In this document: positions 35,801 through 49,512 of the stretch, one piece after another | Numbering within the stretch: the first letter of the stretch is position 1 | How the letters are laid out: the number at the start of each line of letters is the position of its first letter | NCBI GenBank assembly: GCA_030141605.1 | Contig: JAQGDQ010000001.1 | Location: 2,232,001-2,296,000 of the forward strand | Direction: 5' to 3' | Length of the DNA: 64,000 bases | From: Tubiluchus corallicola | Taxonomy: Eukaryota; Animalia; Priapulida | Position numbers and translations under genes: made by a program | Notes under the pieces: generated by a model | Seen by the model: only the letters and a program-made list of their open reading frames with translations | Databases searched by the model: none | Told to the model about the DNA's origin: nothing

Positions 35801-38800
35801 TAGGTGATATCTTCAGTAAATTTTTCAGCCTTCTTCACAGCTTTCAGAAACACAGCAGTGAGGCAAATATTTTTTGCAGGAAGGTCTAATTTATCTTTTA
35901 CAGATTGTTCCAACCCACCCACAACTAGAATAAACTAATCACAGGTGGCTGAATATTCTTCTTCCTGTTTGCACTGGGACATTGGTAACACAGATGTATA
36001 TATATATATATATATTACATCTGTGCAAGGTTAACTAGAAATTAACATGGAAAATGAGAGTACACCATAGGTACTTAGAATTTATTATTTAGCTCTACGC
36101 GTCATGCACTCCAAATGAATTTTATTTAAAATCAGTCAAATCAAAAGTAAGTTCATATCACAAGATGATAATTAGAGCTACTTCTACCTACTTCTAGGCA
36201 TACTTAAAAGTAGAGGGTCATCTTACTGGAAAGTAGAGGGGACATCGTACATGATAAACTCAACAAATGCACAACTTTCCTGTTTCTTACCTTTTGCAGA
36301 ATTTGACCATGGAGTGCCTGACGGGAAGCCATAAACTCAGCATGCTGTTTTTCGATTTCATCAAATTCTTGAAACTTTTTTGACCATTGTTCAGAAAAGT
36401 CAATACCTACTACATCATTTTCCTTAACCAGCTTGATGAATTTCTCATGCTCACTGTTAAAAGTTACAAAAAATGCATAAAAGAGTGAATGATTCACACA
36501 GGCATACAAAGTATCTCGTATGCACATTCCGCTCATTCATAAGGCTATTAATTTATAATTGTAAATGCATATCTAATCATCCCACCACCACACCTACTAT
36601 TAATGCACTATAAAGTATTAACAAATCAATCACTTTGATATATTTTATTCAGAGGCCTAGTGGTAGACTCATTTGAGTACAGAAACAGGCAGTCTACTAC
36701 CTCTCTGTTACAACCAGAAATACAAAACTAAAACTACACTTTGAAAAAGTAAATGAGAAAAAGTGATACCTTTTGGTGTCCTCCAATTCTGTCAACAAGA
36801 TCTCCATTTGTTTTTTATGCTTGATTTCAGCTTTAGACAGCTTTTCAAGCTTAGCTGCTAGCTGGTATTTTCTCTGTTCAGTATCATGTGCAACAATGCT
36901 AAGCTCTTCACGTTTATTGGCAATTTTTTCATGTATATCTTCGTACTGTTTTTTTAGATCACTGAAACGTTGGAAGAATTAGCTTGACTTATACGCGTAA
37001 TTCAAGAAAACCAATTTTTAGCTAAACACAGAAGAATTTACAATTGAATTTTAATATTCTAGAATTGACTATTGAACTAGTAACCAATGTTATTGACACT
37101 AATTCCAGCTTCTTTAAAATATGTACTAACATTTCAATGCCTATAATAATGTTAATGAAAACAACTTGAGAATTGATATGAAGTACAGAACAGGAGAAAA
37201 TTAAAAAACATTGTAGTTAGAGTGTATTAATATTAATATTAACAAAACTGCAAAGCGTTACGCTTAATAATCTTCAGTAAGTTGACCATCTTTCTTTTCG
37301 AACCTAACAAGTCAAATAGCCTCCATTCTAGCTCCCTCTGTGTTGCTATGATTTTTTGCATTTTCACATAATTGAAACAACATAAAATCTTTACAGGCAA
37401 ACCTCTTTATACCACCCACTTGGGGCTGCAAAAAAGTTGACATTATAGCGAGTCCGGCCTTATTAAACTTCCCCAAAGATTAGGTGCCTTAATTTTCTAC
37501 TAAGAAATCATTGAGATAGAAATCAATCAACTAGAATCAAAAGAAAATTTTCAAATTACTCATCTGTAAATAAATAAAATGGAACTGCCATAAACATACT
37601 TATTAAATAAACAAAGGACAATAAATGTGCATTCAACTATACTGCACTGTTCATTTAACGCGCATTTATTAATTTGCCGGATGACGGGTGATTTTGGTGC
37701 ACATCTAAATACAGCCGTTCCGTTTATAGCCACTGTGATGGAACAAAATGGGACGGGGGCATAGTAAGTATAATAAGGTTTGACTGTAGTCTGTGTTAAA
37801 GAACTTTGGCTTCTCTTTCTATCAAAAGTACAAAACCATTACACTATAGGCCAGACTTACGCAACCAGAACATTACTAGTATAATAAAGCAACACTCACT
37901 TTTCCTCTTCTTGCTTTATCTGGAGATCTGATAGAAGTCTCAATAAGTAGTCACAATCGCGTTCTAGCTGTTGTCTGCGAGGTTGTTGTTCCCTCACCTC
38001 TATTAATCGCTTTCTCTTGACTTCTTTCACTTGTTTGATGCTATAAATAAAATCAGGAATTATGCAGGCACATGGATGCAGTAAGCTCTCTTCTGACGAG
38101 CAAATGCGCAAAACTAATCAGCCATGAAAGTTTGCTGGCTTTCTCTATGACAAGATTGTAATACTCAATGTTACCTAAATAGATGTCTACGTTTCTGTTC
38201 TTCTTCGGCCTTCATCCGCTCTGGAGACTGAACAACCTGCATGGAAAGCCTCCCATTGGCCTCTTTCTGTTTCTGTAATGCCTGTGTTATCTGATCCTAT
38301 GCATTCAGTAAAGAAAATTTTATAATTACTAAGGGATGTGTTGTCTTTTTTCCTTTTAGGAAATGGCAATGTCAATAACCCAAACTTTCACTAAGTTTAT
38401 ACATTTTTGCAGACAGCTGAAAGTTGGAACCATTACGTTCAAGAGCTGAAAGTATGCCGTTAGGGAAAGCCATCAAGTGTCTGGCACTGAACATTTTGAA
38501 GTGGCATAGCTAGGAGAACACTTTGAAATATCTCATTAAAACTCCAGCTCACACAATAGCTACGTACATTATTACAATGTTTACAACTTACTATGCGAGC
38601 TTTCTTGCCCGTCAGTTGAGCATCAAATGCTGCAGCTGTTTTCTGTGCAGTAGCTTCTGCCTTTTTTAAGTCATTAGTCAACTTTGTAACTTCTTCCAGC
38701 TCTTGATTCAACTGCGAATAAGTGTAAACTCGTTATTAATTTTCTGCATTGATATGCATATGTATATAAATATCAAGTATTCTCAAATGTTATTTTATAC

Positions 38801-41800
38801 ACTGCTAATTTACTAAAAGTAAGTTACTACGAAGTAACTTTATTCAGTACGAATGTACTAAAAATATGAAGAGCTTCTACACAGGTATTAATTCCAACAA
38901 AATTAGACTAAGCTAAGCACAAAATTCTGAAACCCGATTCTCGTAGAAAAAGCATGAAGAATTTTTTTAGAAAGGTGTCCTTTTTAGAAAATCCCTTGTT
39001 TTTTTCCTTTCGGGCATTCTGGGCTCGGATGAGCTACGCACTCCACTATACAATATACGAGTATGAAAAATCACAGGAAATGAGTATTTTTTGGTACTGA
39101 ATCTAAATGGTGCTGACAATTGGTCTTTTGTATGGCCAGACCCAGTTGCCAAGCAACCCATTTTAATTTAAGGCTTTTTTGGTCTGAAAGTAGGGTACAC
39201 CTGTAATATTAACTAGATAGATCTGAAAATTAAAGAGAAGAGGCACTTTAGGATGCTGATGCATTAGACCATACAGTTGTTTTAATGGATTTTCCTGGAG
39301 ATCCGAATGTAGGACACGCGCATAGTACTAAAGTAAAAAATAATCCAAAGAATTGCAGGTAAGATGTCTTTGCTACAGTGACTGCAAATTTACTTTTAGC
39401 TTTTAGTTTTATTGTACAAGGACACACAGTTATCTCGGCTATCACGCTAATTTGTGGTTTGTGTTATTTCGTATCACATCTAAAACTCCCATTGAGCTCC
39501 TAAACTAACATACACAAAAAATCACTTAAATTGATTGGAATATATTTAGTATTTGCACTTAATAACCCGTTATTAATTTCAGGACCATCTGCACTTAATG
39601 TGTGTAAAATTTTCCATGTATTTTGTATATAAATAAATTAGGCTACTAATCGCAAAACATTACCAGCATTGTTAATTTACACTGCACATATCCAGTATCA
39701 TAACACAACTAAGCCAACAAGCCTTACTTTAACATGAATGGGCAACAAACCACTAATCACAAAAAAATATTTGCTAAAGTTTCTCTTGCCTATGAACATA
39801 TCACAGCTGCGACATACTTTTCCATATTTAGCTGATCGTGTGGTCGTCCACAAGCTTTTATCAACTTTTTGCATCTTTCCAACTGTTTGCAGGAGAAATG
39901 AAATAAATTTGTTTCATTCTGTAGACGATCTTTATACCTACTGTACGACTTACATAAGGCCCACTGTCATCTTTTAACCATGATTATAACCAGAAAAATA
40001 GCGTAAAATGAACTATTTCAGGATACTAATATTACATTGATATGTAATATAAATTTTGATCACACTTGAATTAAGAAGACACAGCAGACATCTTATTAAT
40101 TCTTATAACAATTAATATTGATCAGGGAAGAAAATCACTTTGCCTGAAAATTTCTTTAATTTAGTTGTTGATTCAAAAACCAGAAGACATGGTTTAAAAC
40201 TTCTTAAAGAACAGCCACGTCATGACAATCTAAATTTACTATGAAATTAATGAACGAATAGACCAATTTGCCTGTCATGGTGATTCTGGCTCCTACAACC
40301 TGTGCAAATCTACGACGAGGTGCTCAGGCTGTAATTTATAATTTGTAATTTAACCTTGAATCACTTATATTTGCTAACTCGGACTTCACTCAGACGTTAT
40401 AAATTTTATCATCATATCACATCGATATTACAATGCAGTATGCCTATTGGTTGTGGCATAACCTTCTTAGTGATGTGAAAATCTGTGCTGTAAGCATTTA
40501 TTTAATTTATTCATTCTGCACATTTTATTCATAGCAAAATGTTTTAATCAGCAACTAGTATACATAACTGTTATACATTGCCTTCTATAAAAATGAAACT
40601 ATATATTTCCACTAATTCACTTACTACTTTAATTGGTAATAATAAAATCTACAACCTGGCCAATGTTTCTTCCTCTAACTGATAAAAAATTTGAGCATTT
40701 TTCGTAACAGTTTAACATGCCCGGCAATACAGCTAATGTCCCGAAAGAGCAGCGACACATAGGTTCTGGAGATGTGTGAAAAATTACACTTGCTAATTGG
40801 GCAGTCAGCATTGCTTGAGTGAGCATGACTGATGTTCTGCTTGATGTTAATTGGCACTTGTATATTTATGAAGTCAAAATTGCAGCACTCTCCAGTCTCT
40901 TTAACTGTTTTTCAGAACCTCTCCTGCTGTCAGTTCAGCTCGAGCATCATAATTTGCTTTTAATTGCCCATAAAACTATTAGTTTTCAATAAAAGTTTGC
41001 CAGTATCTTTGTTTAAAAAAGAGAGAACCTGCATGTTCTGTTAAACTTCACCAGCAAAACAAGTATAGCAAACAAATGTTATGCAAAACAAAATTGCCAA
41101 AATGAATTACAAATATTACGATCACTAGATGATACAGAAAATATTCAAATAATTCTGAAACTTGGTTATGCTTTCATGTGACATAACATATATACACACC
41201 TCTTTTATAACACCTTCTTCCTGCGAGTGTTGTGCTTTGATACTGTTAAGTTTGCCCTTCACTGTGTCAGTTTCTCTCATCAGTAACTCTATTTGTGCTC
41301 TTGATTCTTCCTAAAGTTGAACACATAACTGCTTATTCGGATGTAGTATTAAATACTGCAGTTAACGGGTTCGTAAACCAGCAAATACAAATTACTAAAA
41401 TCTTCTGGCATAAACCTCTGCTAAACAAAAAAATGGGAAATTTTTATGCTATTTGAACTTCACATTGCGGTTAAAAATAAAGACTGCTTTTATGACGTAC
41501 TGAATTGAAAATAACGGTTTTGCTTTGAATTGTTACATTTGTTATAAAACATAATTTATAATAATAAATTGATATTAATGTATTCCAGAACATAAAGGAA
41601 ATCAGTTTATTGTTTGGAAGGTACTTTACCAAAATCAATATAACTATTGGGTTATTGAACTTTAAATAAGTGTACAAACCAAAACTGTCCATAAGTCGGC
41701 ACATTTAAAACTAAGCTATGATGCGTCAAATTTAAATGCACCAAAAATTTAGTCAAATGTTAATTTTTTGTTTATAAAAACAAATGCTAAATATAGTGGA

Positions 41801-44800
41801 CTTTTATATTCTAGCACCAAATTGTCAAGAATATGTTCAAAAAATATTAAAAATCTAGTTTTATAACGCTGTACCCACTTCTCTGGCTAGAAACTAGTAC
41901 TGCAATTGTAAAAAACTTGTATTTTCAAATGTTGATAGAAGCTGTCATTTTGCTTCGAGTTTTTTCAGTTCCTCCAGATAAATCCAGATCCTCATCAGGA
42001 AGAGCCATCTACTGGATTTAAATATAACCTCAATGCGCTCTTGCAGTCGGTAGCAACCAACATTTGTGTGGTTGCTAAGTGTTTCGTAGAAACACAACAA
42101 AAAACGTTGGCTAACTTTAACAGCGATTTCCAGTGCATAGCATGCACCTCAACTTCAATGTGGGTTATCTCAGCTTAGAAATAACAAAAATGCTCCCCAT
42201 GGAATGGAGATTCAGGATATGTGAATAACTAGAAAAGCTTAATTATGGACGATTTTGCTATGCAAGCACACATTTAAATGTTATTTTTAAAGCTAACTAA
42301 CGAAAATTATGGCAGCAAGTATACACAACATCCTTACAACTTCTTCTTTAATGCCTTTAAAGTCAAGACTTCTTTCAGTTGCAAACCGGATATAATTTGT
42401 TAATGCACAATGAATTAGCAAAGTTTTCTTTGGCTTTGGATCAGTTAAATCTTTCATTTGAAATGTTGGTAAGCCGCATCGTCTCAACAGTGTTTGCCTA
42501 AAAAAACGATAGAAATGCAAAACGTATCAGTGTCTATCAGTGCTATAGGAAGGGTATCTTTTTGAGCTTAAGGAAACAACTAGTAGTAAAACTTCAAACA
42601 TTCTACTCTTTTAAGGACGCATTAGACAAACCAGGTACTAAATGCCAGGCACCAGCTAAAAAATTATTAATAATAAAAGCTACATTTGGCAGCATGTGGG
42701 TGCATAATATAATGTCACTAAAACGTTTTACAAAATAAAGAACACATTTCTTACATTGCCATTGTGAGAAGAAGCAGAGGCTTGCTGTCCAGGTGCAACT
42801 CAGGATAGTCCAAAAACTCATCAGTAATTGGAAAAGGCTGTAGACACAAAAGATATGTCAACAAATACAAATTAATCATGAAATTCCTGAAAAGATGCTT
42901 CTATAAAGTTTTTTTTCTTCTAAAACCGGACAACCTAGCCAGTCTTATCAGTTTGACAATGCTGAACCCGAAAAAAGATGCAAAAAAAGCAAAATGGCTG
43001 CCAAGTTTTTGCATAAACTGCACAAATAAAAAGAAATTCAAAGAAAATTAATATTGAGAAATAATTATGATATATTCAAGGGTTGGACCTAGGGAATCCA
43101 TTTCAGTTACTTTTGTTACAAAAATGGCCACTATTTTCAAAATACTGATTCATGCAACTAATATTAACTGTTTCACCTAAAGATTTATTATAATTTATAA
43201 AAACTAAAGGCAAATTATTTTTGTCAACTCAACTTGTTGACAAACGTCAAAAAGGATGCAGAAACACTAAAACACTCCAACAACCAAAAAACAAAATGAC
43301 CACCAGATTCCCGGCATATATAATCTAGCTGAACAGTGAAAAACTAGCTCGTTTTATATAAAAGTTATGGTGGAATTCATCAAGGTGATTAATTTTGGAC
43401 ATGGAGTTAACCAAAAGTCCCCCAACACAGCTGCCATACAAGATGGTTGTTGTAGTATCTAAAGGCCATATCTTAACTGTTAGAACAGATAAGATGATGA
43501 TTTTAGTGTCTATATTTGGGTTTTAAAGGTCAAGGAATCTACAGCTGATGCCAATGATGGTGGAATAGGTAGATGGCTAAACAGCGAAGAATCATCAAAG
43601 CATCATTCCAGAAATGATAGGAGGCTACACACTTACTCAAGTGTAGGAAAGAGAACCACATTGAATGTACTTTGCATTCCCGAAATTTGTCAATATTAAA
43701 GCAGATTAATGGAACTCAACCCATCATATCCATCAATGCATGGTATGGATAAGCCTGAAAATATGATAGCTGTATGGAATAGTAAAATGCATACAACAGG
43801 TGTTACTAGGACTACTAGATTTAATTTTAACCATGATCAGATAGTTCTTGTTCTGGAGAAAGCTGTCACTTCGCCATCAACAATGGAAGCATTTAACGAA
43901 AATTACACAAGTGCACATTTAAGCATATACGATGGAAAAAAAAGCTGAATACGTGACTCAACATTTTCTCTTGATGGCACACATGGTTTTGAAAGATGGC
44001 ACACCAAAATTATTATAACCAGTAACTGTACTTTTTGTGGAAAATAGTAACCAAATGCAATTTTAAAGATGATCACAGCTCTTATTCTGGAGCAAAGGCA
44101 TGCAAATCTTTTAAGTCTTTACAATATTATGCAATGTTGTGCATAGTAATAAGCAGTGCACAATAATTAGTTTGTATCATATTCTATGCATGTGAAGGCT
44201 CTCAGTAATAATGAACAAATAAAATCTGCAAATCTGACAAAGCTAAAATAAAGAACAGGACTGCATGAAAGCAGTGCCTTAGTTGTGGGAGTAATGATAT
44301 ATTATGGATAAAGAAACTATTATCTAGTAATTTGAATAAGTGATGAAATCTTAAGGTTAGTAGACTAAGAAAGGACTAACACATGACCCATTGAAGAAGA
44401 AATGACTACGTCTTAAATAGATTACTTTCATGTGATGCTCCTACACAATTTTCGATAGAGCAAATAAAAACTCAATCGTTTTTTTACTTGTTTTAATGTC
44501 CTTTAAGTTAAAAGTATTAAATTTAGTTAGTGTTTCCTTTTGCATGATCATGGCAGTTTTGTTGTTATAGTTTGTACTTCTGTAGCGTAACACTTTTGGT
44601 CCAGTATCTCAAATTGATCAACGGTGGCACAGGGCCCCCCTTAATATTCTTAAAGAGGACCATCAGAACATGAGAAAACCACTGAGAAAAAACTTATACG
44701 GAAAATGTAAGTTCACCCCACCGGCTGCCGGACTACAGGGGTTTAATCAGAGAAAGATGTATGCAGAAAGAAAGGCAAAGAGTTTAATGTATGAGTCAAG

Positions 44801-46470
44801 CATTATTAATTTTTCTTTGCAATGCAACTGAGAGAAATACGTAGGCCAAACATGATCATTGACCTTTACGGGAAGAACACAATTGAATGCTTTTAGATTG
44901 TTCTCTAAAGGCAATGTTTCATATGATGACGTTTCCCTTAATCACATACTTTGCTGGAACTCATTAGCGTCGTTAAGCAAAGACTTATGGTATATGTATT
45001 TTACGCTTTGAAAAATTACTTTACGCCTTCTGTACAGGTCCTAGCTATTGTATAAAACGTTTAGGTCAAGTGTGCGAGTGTCGCAGGCAAAAACATTTAT
45101 TTTATACTTTTCTCAAAATGTGTAGGTGTTATATATGAAATGCTTAGGAATTCTAGAAAATGTCTAGATCTTGCACATTGCCTGTAACATATATTAAAAC
45201 TAAACTGTAATAGATTTCAGCTATTTCCAGTTGAACGTTTCATTAGGAGTAGATTATTCTATTGAACAACACTTCATTCACACAGAAATGTGCGCACAAC
45301 ATCAATATAAAGTGCAGAACTGTGAGTGCACCCAACTTGACATGGGAGTCTGTCACTACAGTCGTTATTCGCAAAACAGGGAGTTGTTAATGAGAAAAGT
45401 CTGTCTGTATTCTACAGTGCCTTAGACACACTGTGAAAAAGTATATTTTCAGTTCTCAAAGTTTTACGCACACCATAATTATGAACGCTTAGTGATGCGA
45501 GTACGAGCACTGCAGTACATGCTTCTTGGGAAAGACAATGAAGTGTGCAAAATCTTACACTTATTGTATTAAGCAATCATCGGTTACGTTAATTTATTAT
45601 CGAGCACTTAGTTGAACATCATGGGCAACCGATTTTCATTAAAAATCGAGCAATTAGAACCATACTAATATACATGTACCCCGGGGTAGTTAAACCGCAG
45701 TAGGTAACACAGCAGTCCAAGTGCCCTAAAGCAGCTTCCTAGCAGTTATCCAGTCAGTGGCAAATTAGAGATGGCTAAACATGTACCTTAACCATTCAGC
45801 TATTCTTTTGCCCAAACGTTTAGAATTTTAAAATCAATAAAATTTGTTAATTGCAAATAGGTTGATACAACAAAAAAACAAACACTTTATTGTACAAAAA
45901 TAAATACTATGAAGTGGTAATTTTTTGCAGCAAACCTTATTCAGGTTATCCAGCACAGAAGGCCCAGTGATATCTTCCAAAACTGTACTACATAAATGCA
46001 TTATTCTCGAAGCCTGGAAAAATCAATAACTAATTATAATATTGACAAATAAATGAAAATTAAACCAAAAAATTACCATCCAAGTTTTCAAGAAGAATTA
46101 TTTCAGACAAACAAACATTGAAAAAATGTGGGAGTCTAGCATAAGCCACAATAATTTAGAATCAGTATTTAAAGCAGTGATGCGCTTATTCAAGAATGCA
46201 TTTCATTTGATTCATTCCCCCACCTAGAGCCACTATTAACCAGGTGAATTTCATGCCCTAGGCTAAAGAGTTATTAAGCAACATGTTTACGAAGAATAAA
46301 TAAAGATCTTTTATAACTGTATGAGAGTCAAGAAGTTTAGCAAAATCTTAATTATCATTTACCTTAGGAGATTTGAAGTCTTGTTCTTTGACTTGCAACT
46401 CAGGAAATGCATGCTGATAAAATTCAGCCACCTCACCATATGTGAGCATGGGATACTGCAACTTAAACAT
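32844..46470 (-). CDS. NUF2: Kinetochore protein Nuf2, complete, about 454 aa
   Basis: Exons 46470-46363, 46013-45936, 42837-42755, 42497-42338, 41310-41200, 38711-38592, 38296-38175, 38040-37900, 36961-36770, 36453-36291 and 32930-32844 give a 1365-nt open frame with matching phases. Motifs: YPML, DFKSPK, DYPELH, CGLPTFQMKDLTDPKPKKT..ALTNYIRF (CH domain), VVQSPER, long coiled coil. Confidence 0.9.
33099..33663. mobile_element. MITE with ~30-bp TIRs in the last NUF2 intron (copy 1)
   Basis: CAGTAGCAAAAAATGGCACGTGTGCTTGCA versus TGCAAGCACACGTGCCATTTTGATGCAACTG; the interior is homologous to 41690-42272. Confidence 0.8.
34040..34500 (+). repeat. Dispersed repeat, copy 2 (related to 11770-12185)
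   Basis: Same ordered blocks as 11770-12185, ending in a TGTGCCATTTTT ~15-bp array. Confidence 0.7.
35265..35640 (+). pseudogene. Degenerate DDE DNA-transposase fragment (hATm-like)
   Basis: Interrupted reading QNRVQI..AREADRYGV..AAIA / KVVDHNK / GLYFDRKKDDTL..EEHYILVEE..IYPGH. This matches the DRYGVS..GLYFDGRKD..EEH transposase pattern; the subfamily name is from recall. Confidence 0.6.
37394..37786. mobile_element. pogo/Tigger-like MITE in a NUF2 intron
   Basis: Imperfect TIR CAGGCAAACCTCTTTATAC versus reverse complement CAGTCAAACCTTATTATAC, with TA on both flanks. Confidence 0.75.
39790..39981 (-). pseudogene. THAP zinc-finger relic (transposon-derived)
   Basis: Single frame MVKR*QWALCKSYSRYKDRL..FHF..ERCKKLIKACGRPHDQLN..AVICS*. 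This is a THAP C-x4-C..CS(K/H) layout, with the first Cys mutated to TGA and a terminal TAG. Confidence 0.7.
40060..40320 (+). mobile_element. CR1/L2-like LINE 3' fragment
   Basis: Degenerate TLELRR..HLINSY / FFNLVVDSKTRRHGLKLLK / NLPVMVILAPT, matching the CR1 ORF2 C-terminal pattern (LE.RR..DLI..YK..TRGH..KL..WN.LP..VV.A). Confidence 0.6.
41690..42272. mobile_element. Truncated second copy of the 33099-33663 MITE
   Basis: Colinear similarity (AAGTCGGCA, TACCCACTT..TAGAAACTAGTA, GGTTGCTAAGTGTTT, ATGGAGATTCAG.ATATGTGAATAACTAG, GCTATGCAAGCACAC). Confidence 0.8.
42920..44745. mobile_element. Probable degraded DNA-transposon-like insertion in NUF2 intron 2
   Basis: Repeated AAAATGGC(T/C)/AAGATGG motifs, decayed coding-like interior, and GC-rich end TTCACCCCACCGGCTGCCGGACTA. 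The family was not identified. Confidence 0.3.
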
Positions 46471-49379
46471 CTGTAAAAAGGTTAAATTTATTTTTACCAG
46501 GTCTGCTGGAAAAAATAGAGAGAATTTCTGTTAGTGCTGCTGAACTCTACTACACCACAAAAATTAGGCAACCTATAAAAAGAAGAAAGAGATTCTTCCA
46601 TTAAGGGCTTGTGGCCTACATGAGAAGTGCCCAATAGCTCACTGGTTTGGAACAGCAAGCCTACTAATGCAGCAAAGCTAAGTCACGTCTTTCCGAATCA
46701 TGTGAAGATGCATATGCATTCCCAGGTGCATCTCTTGAAAATAGCTGCAGAATAAATAATAAAAGGGCTTTACCAGATATTAAGGCTTCTCCCTAATAGG
46801 AGAAAACATGCAGAATGGGATGTGTACTGTTGAAGCAGCTCTGAAGGCAAAAAAAACTGGGTATCAAAACATGGCCATTTAGGCATTAGTGACAACCAAG
46901 TCAAATTTAAAGATAGCATACATGTGTATGCAGTAAAACGCAAAAAAGACATACTGTAGCAGACTTTTTCTGGCAGTAAATTACATCACAGCCAAAAATA
47001 ATCCTGGAATATGCTAATATCAAGTAAGGAGGCAATCAATTTACTCATTAAACTGTAACTGTATGGAAACAATATTAGGGGAGACTAGTATGGTATTTTG
47101 CAATTTGTTTATAAAATACTGTTTAAACTAATTATCCTTTGGAAAAACGTAAAATGACCACCTAGTTACTAATACCATTTTCATCTATCACACGAAGTGG
47201 GTGTGGGCAAACATATGATTTGAGCTTGACATGAAGTCTTTAGCACTACTTTAAAAATGAATGAATTTGGCTTGAATGTGCATGTGTACAGCATTTTGCT
47301 GATATGTAACAAATAAGTGTCACTCCGTGTTTGGCATATCTACTTTTTTCTCACCTCCTTAATTTACATATACTTTGCAGCATCTACATGTATTATCACC
47401 TACTTTCTTCAGCATCTACTTTTGCAAGGGAAATTAAAATCTTCTTTGCAAATCATATGTGCCAAGATTGAGGTCATGGTAATTATATCAGCAAAAATGT
47501 TATGGTTTAGCTGGCTGCTTCTTTACTATGAGCAATTGCAGCCTGTTACTAGACACATGTTGTTCTCAAAAATATTAGCATGTATCATTTTTTATTTTTT
47601 GGAAAAATCTGTGAAAAGATTAAAAGGCAATTATCAGTTTACTATAACATATATTATACTAGTTAGCCAATTCAATTTTGTTATAATCATTTTGTTACGG
47701 GAAAAATATTTTAGTGGCACATTAACATTACTAGTGCTTATTTAGGCCTAACAATCTTTTACTTTTTTGGGTAATTGCACAAATCACTAACATGAAACAC
47801 CAGAACTGCACGAATTTAGCAAAATAAACTATTTTATTTAAAACAGTACAGAAATTTTATAGTAACAGATTCAAAGCTTAAGAGATGGTAACGTTACAGC
47901 TGACTGCAACCAGGTAGCCTAGATTGGGCAGAGGCTAATAGTAATAGTGATGCCTACGTTACAAGTAGGATGCAACCAATGTGTTAGAGGGGAGTGTTGG
48001 CACAAATGAAGCCATAGTGTTCTTACACTCCTTCATCCTTACAAATGGAAGTATTAAGTACTTTTCTCAAACTATTAGATCTAATTAGTCCAAGCCACAG
48101 AAAGTGGGAGAACTACAAAGCATTTTCCTTAACTTTGCCTACAGATAGAGCTATCATATATGATCAGTGGTCTAAATAAAGTTCTATGCTAAAACATTGG
48201 TATCGAACTACTCAACAATTTAATTTTAGTTATAGAATGCAGATGTCACCACAGAGTTACTATAGCCAAAATTATATTCCAGCATGCATTCATGTAGGTA
48301 ATACACAAACCAGATGTTTATAAAAATAAAGCCAGCATCTACGTGGACAAGTCTAAATAGATACCCACACAGATAAATACATTTGGCTAGCTTTTCATGA
48401 AGCCAACAAATCAAAATAAACACAATATATTCAAGACAAATTATGTCTGCCAAAATATCATATTCAAGGTATAATTTTAAGCAAAATATATCATACAGTC
48501 ATTATCAAAATCACTACAAACGTCGTTAAGCAAAACATCAGTGTATCCACGAACAAAGCATTTGCATATGAAAGCAGTACGGTGGTGTTCATCAACCATG
48601 CAATCGACGAGCGAGGAAGAGATATCAGCCAGTGTCAATAGCATAGCATAGCAAGGTTAAGGAGAGGTAGATGGCAGGCCTGAAGTCGGGAAACCGAGTT
48701 GACACGTTTGTTAGTAAGTTTAAAGGACTGAGAGGAAAATTGGTATATCTGTTAGTTTTCAGGTATTGATGTTATTTTTTCAAAATTTTGTTCATGTATT
48801 ATTCGTTCATTCGTGTATTGAATAACCGTTTTTCGTGTATTGTGTACAGAATACTGGTGTGTCACTTATACTATAGTTATAGTTGTATATTTTCCCAGTC
48901 TTTGCATAGAGATTACTACAAGAAACAATTGGTTTTTCCACATCGACAGTCCATTGTGGAATAATGCAGCCCTGATTTTAAACGAAGGCATTAAAAACAA
49001 TATTATGGATAAAGTGACTTTGAGCCTATATTAATACTGCATAAGATCATATGCAATTCCGGACGTTTGGTAAACACGGCGTTAGCCAAGTGCCAATAAC
49101 TTGTAACAACTAGCCTATATTATAACAAACTTTAGTTCCATAGACTAGAGATTAAACTATATTGTAGTATCGTAATACAGAAAATTCAAAATTAGTGTAA
49201 GGAACTAAAAACAGCTGCGGCTGTGAGTTGCCTGTTTGACAACAATTTACCACTTCCATTATGCTAACCTTTGAAATCAAGATAAGCAGTACATTTCTAC
49301 ACTCAGAAGCTGCGGCATATATCTGCTGCTTTAAAACCAAACTTATTGGCAAAAAGTGAACAAACACAACAAAAACTAA

Positions 49380-49512
49380 ACGCCAAAGATTCGCACATTT
49401 GGCGCCATACGATTACTGCCATCTAACGTGAAAAATATGAGACGCAATTTTCTCCAATTCACACATGCGCAGTAAAGGGCACGTCGGGACTTTGTTCGTT
49501 TTCCGAAAAATT
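49380..49512. promoter_or_regulatory. Probable bidirectional NUF2/TOP1 promoter
   Basis: CpG-richer patch with E2F-like TTTGGCGCC (49398-49406), YY1-like GCCATCT (49418-49424) and NRF1-like CATGCGCAG (about 49464-49472). It is flanked by a plus-strand donor AAG|GTAAGA (49555/49556) and a minus-strand donor GTG|GTAAAT (49251/49250). Confidence 0.6.

Noticed and set aside
42603-42655. Alternative NUF2 exon 3
   Set aside because: Stops in all frames; exon 42837-42755 (DYPELH) fits both phase and homology.
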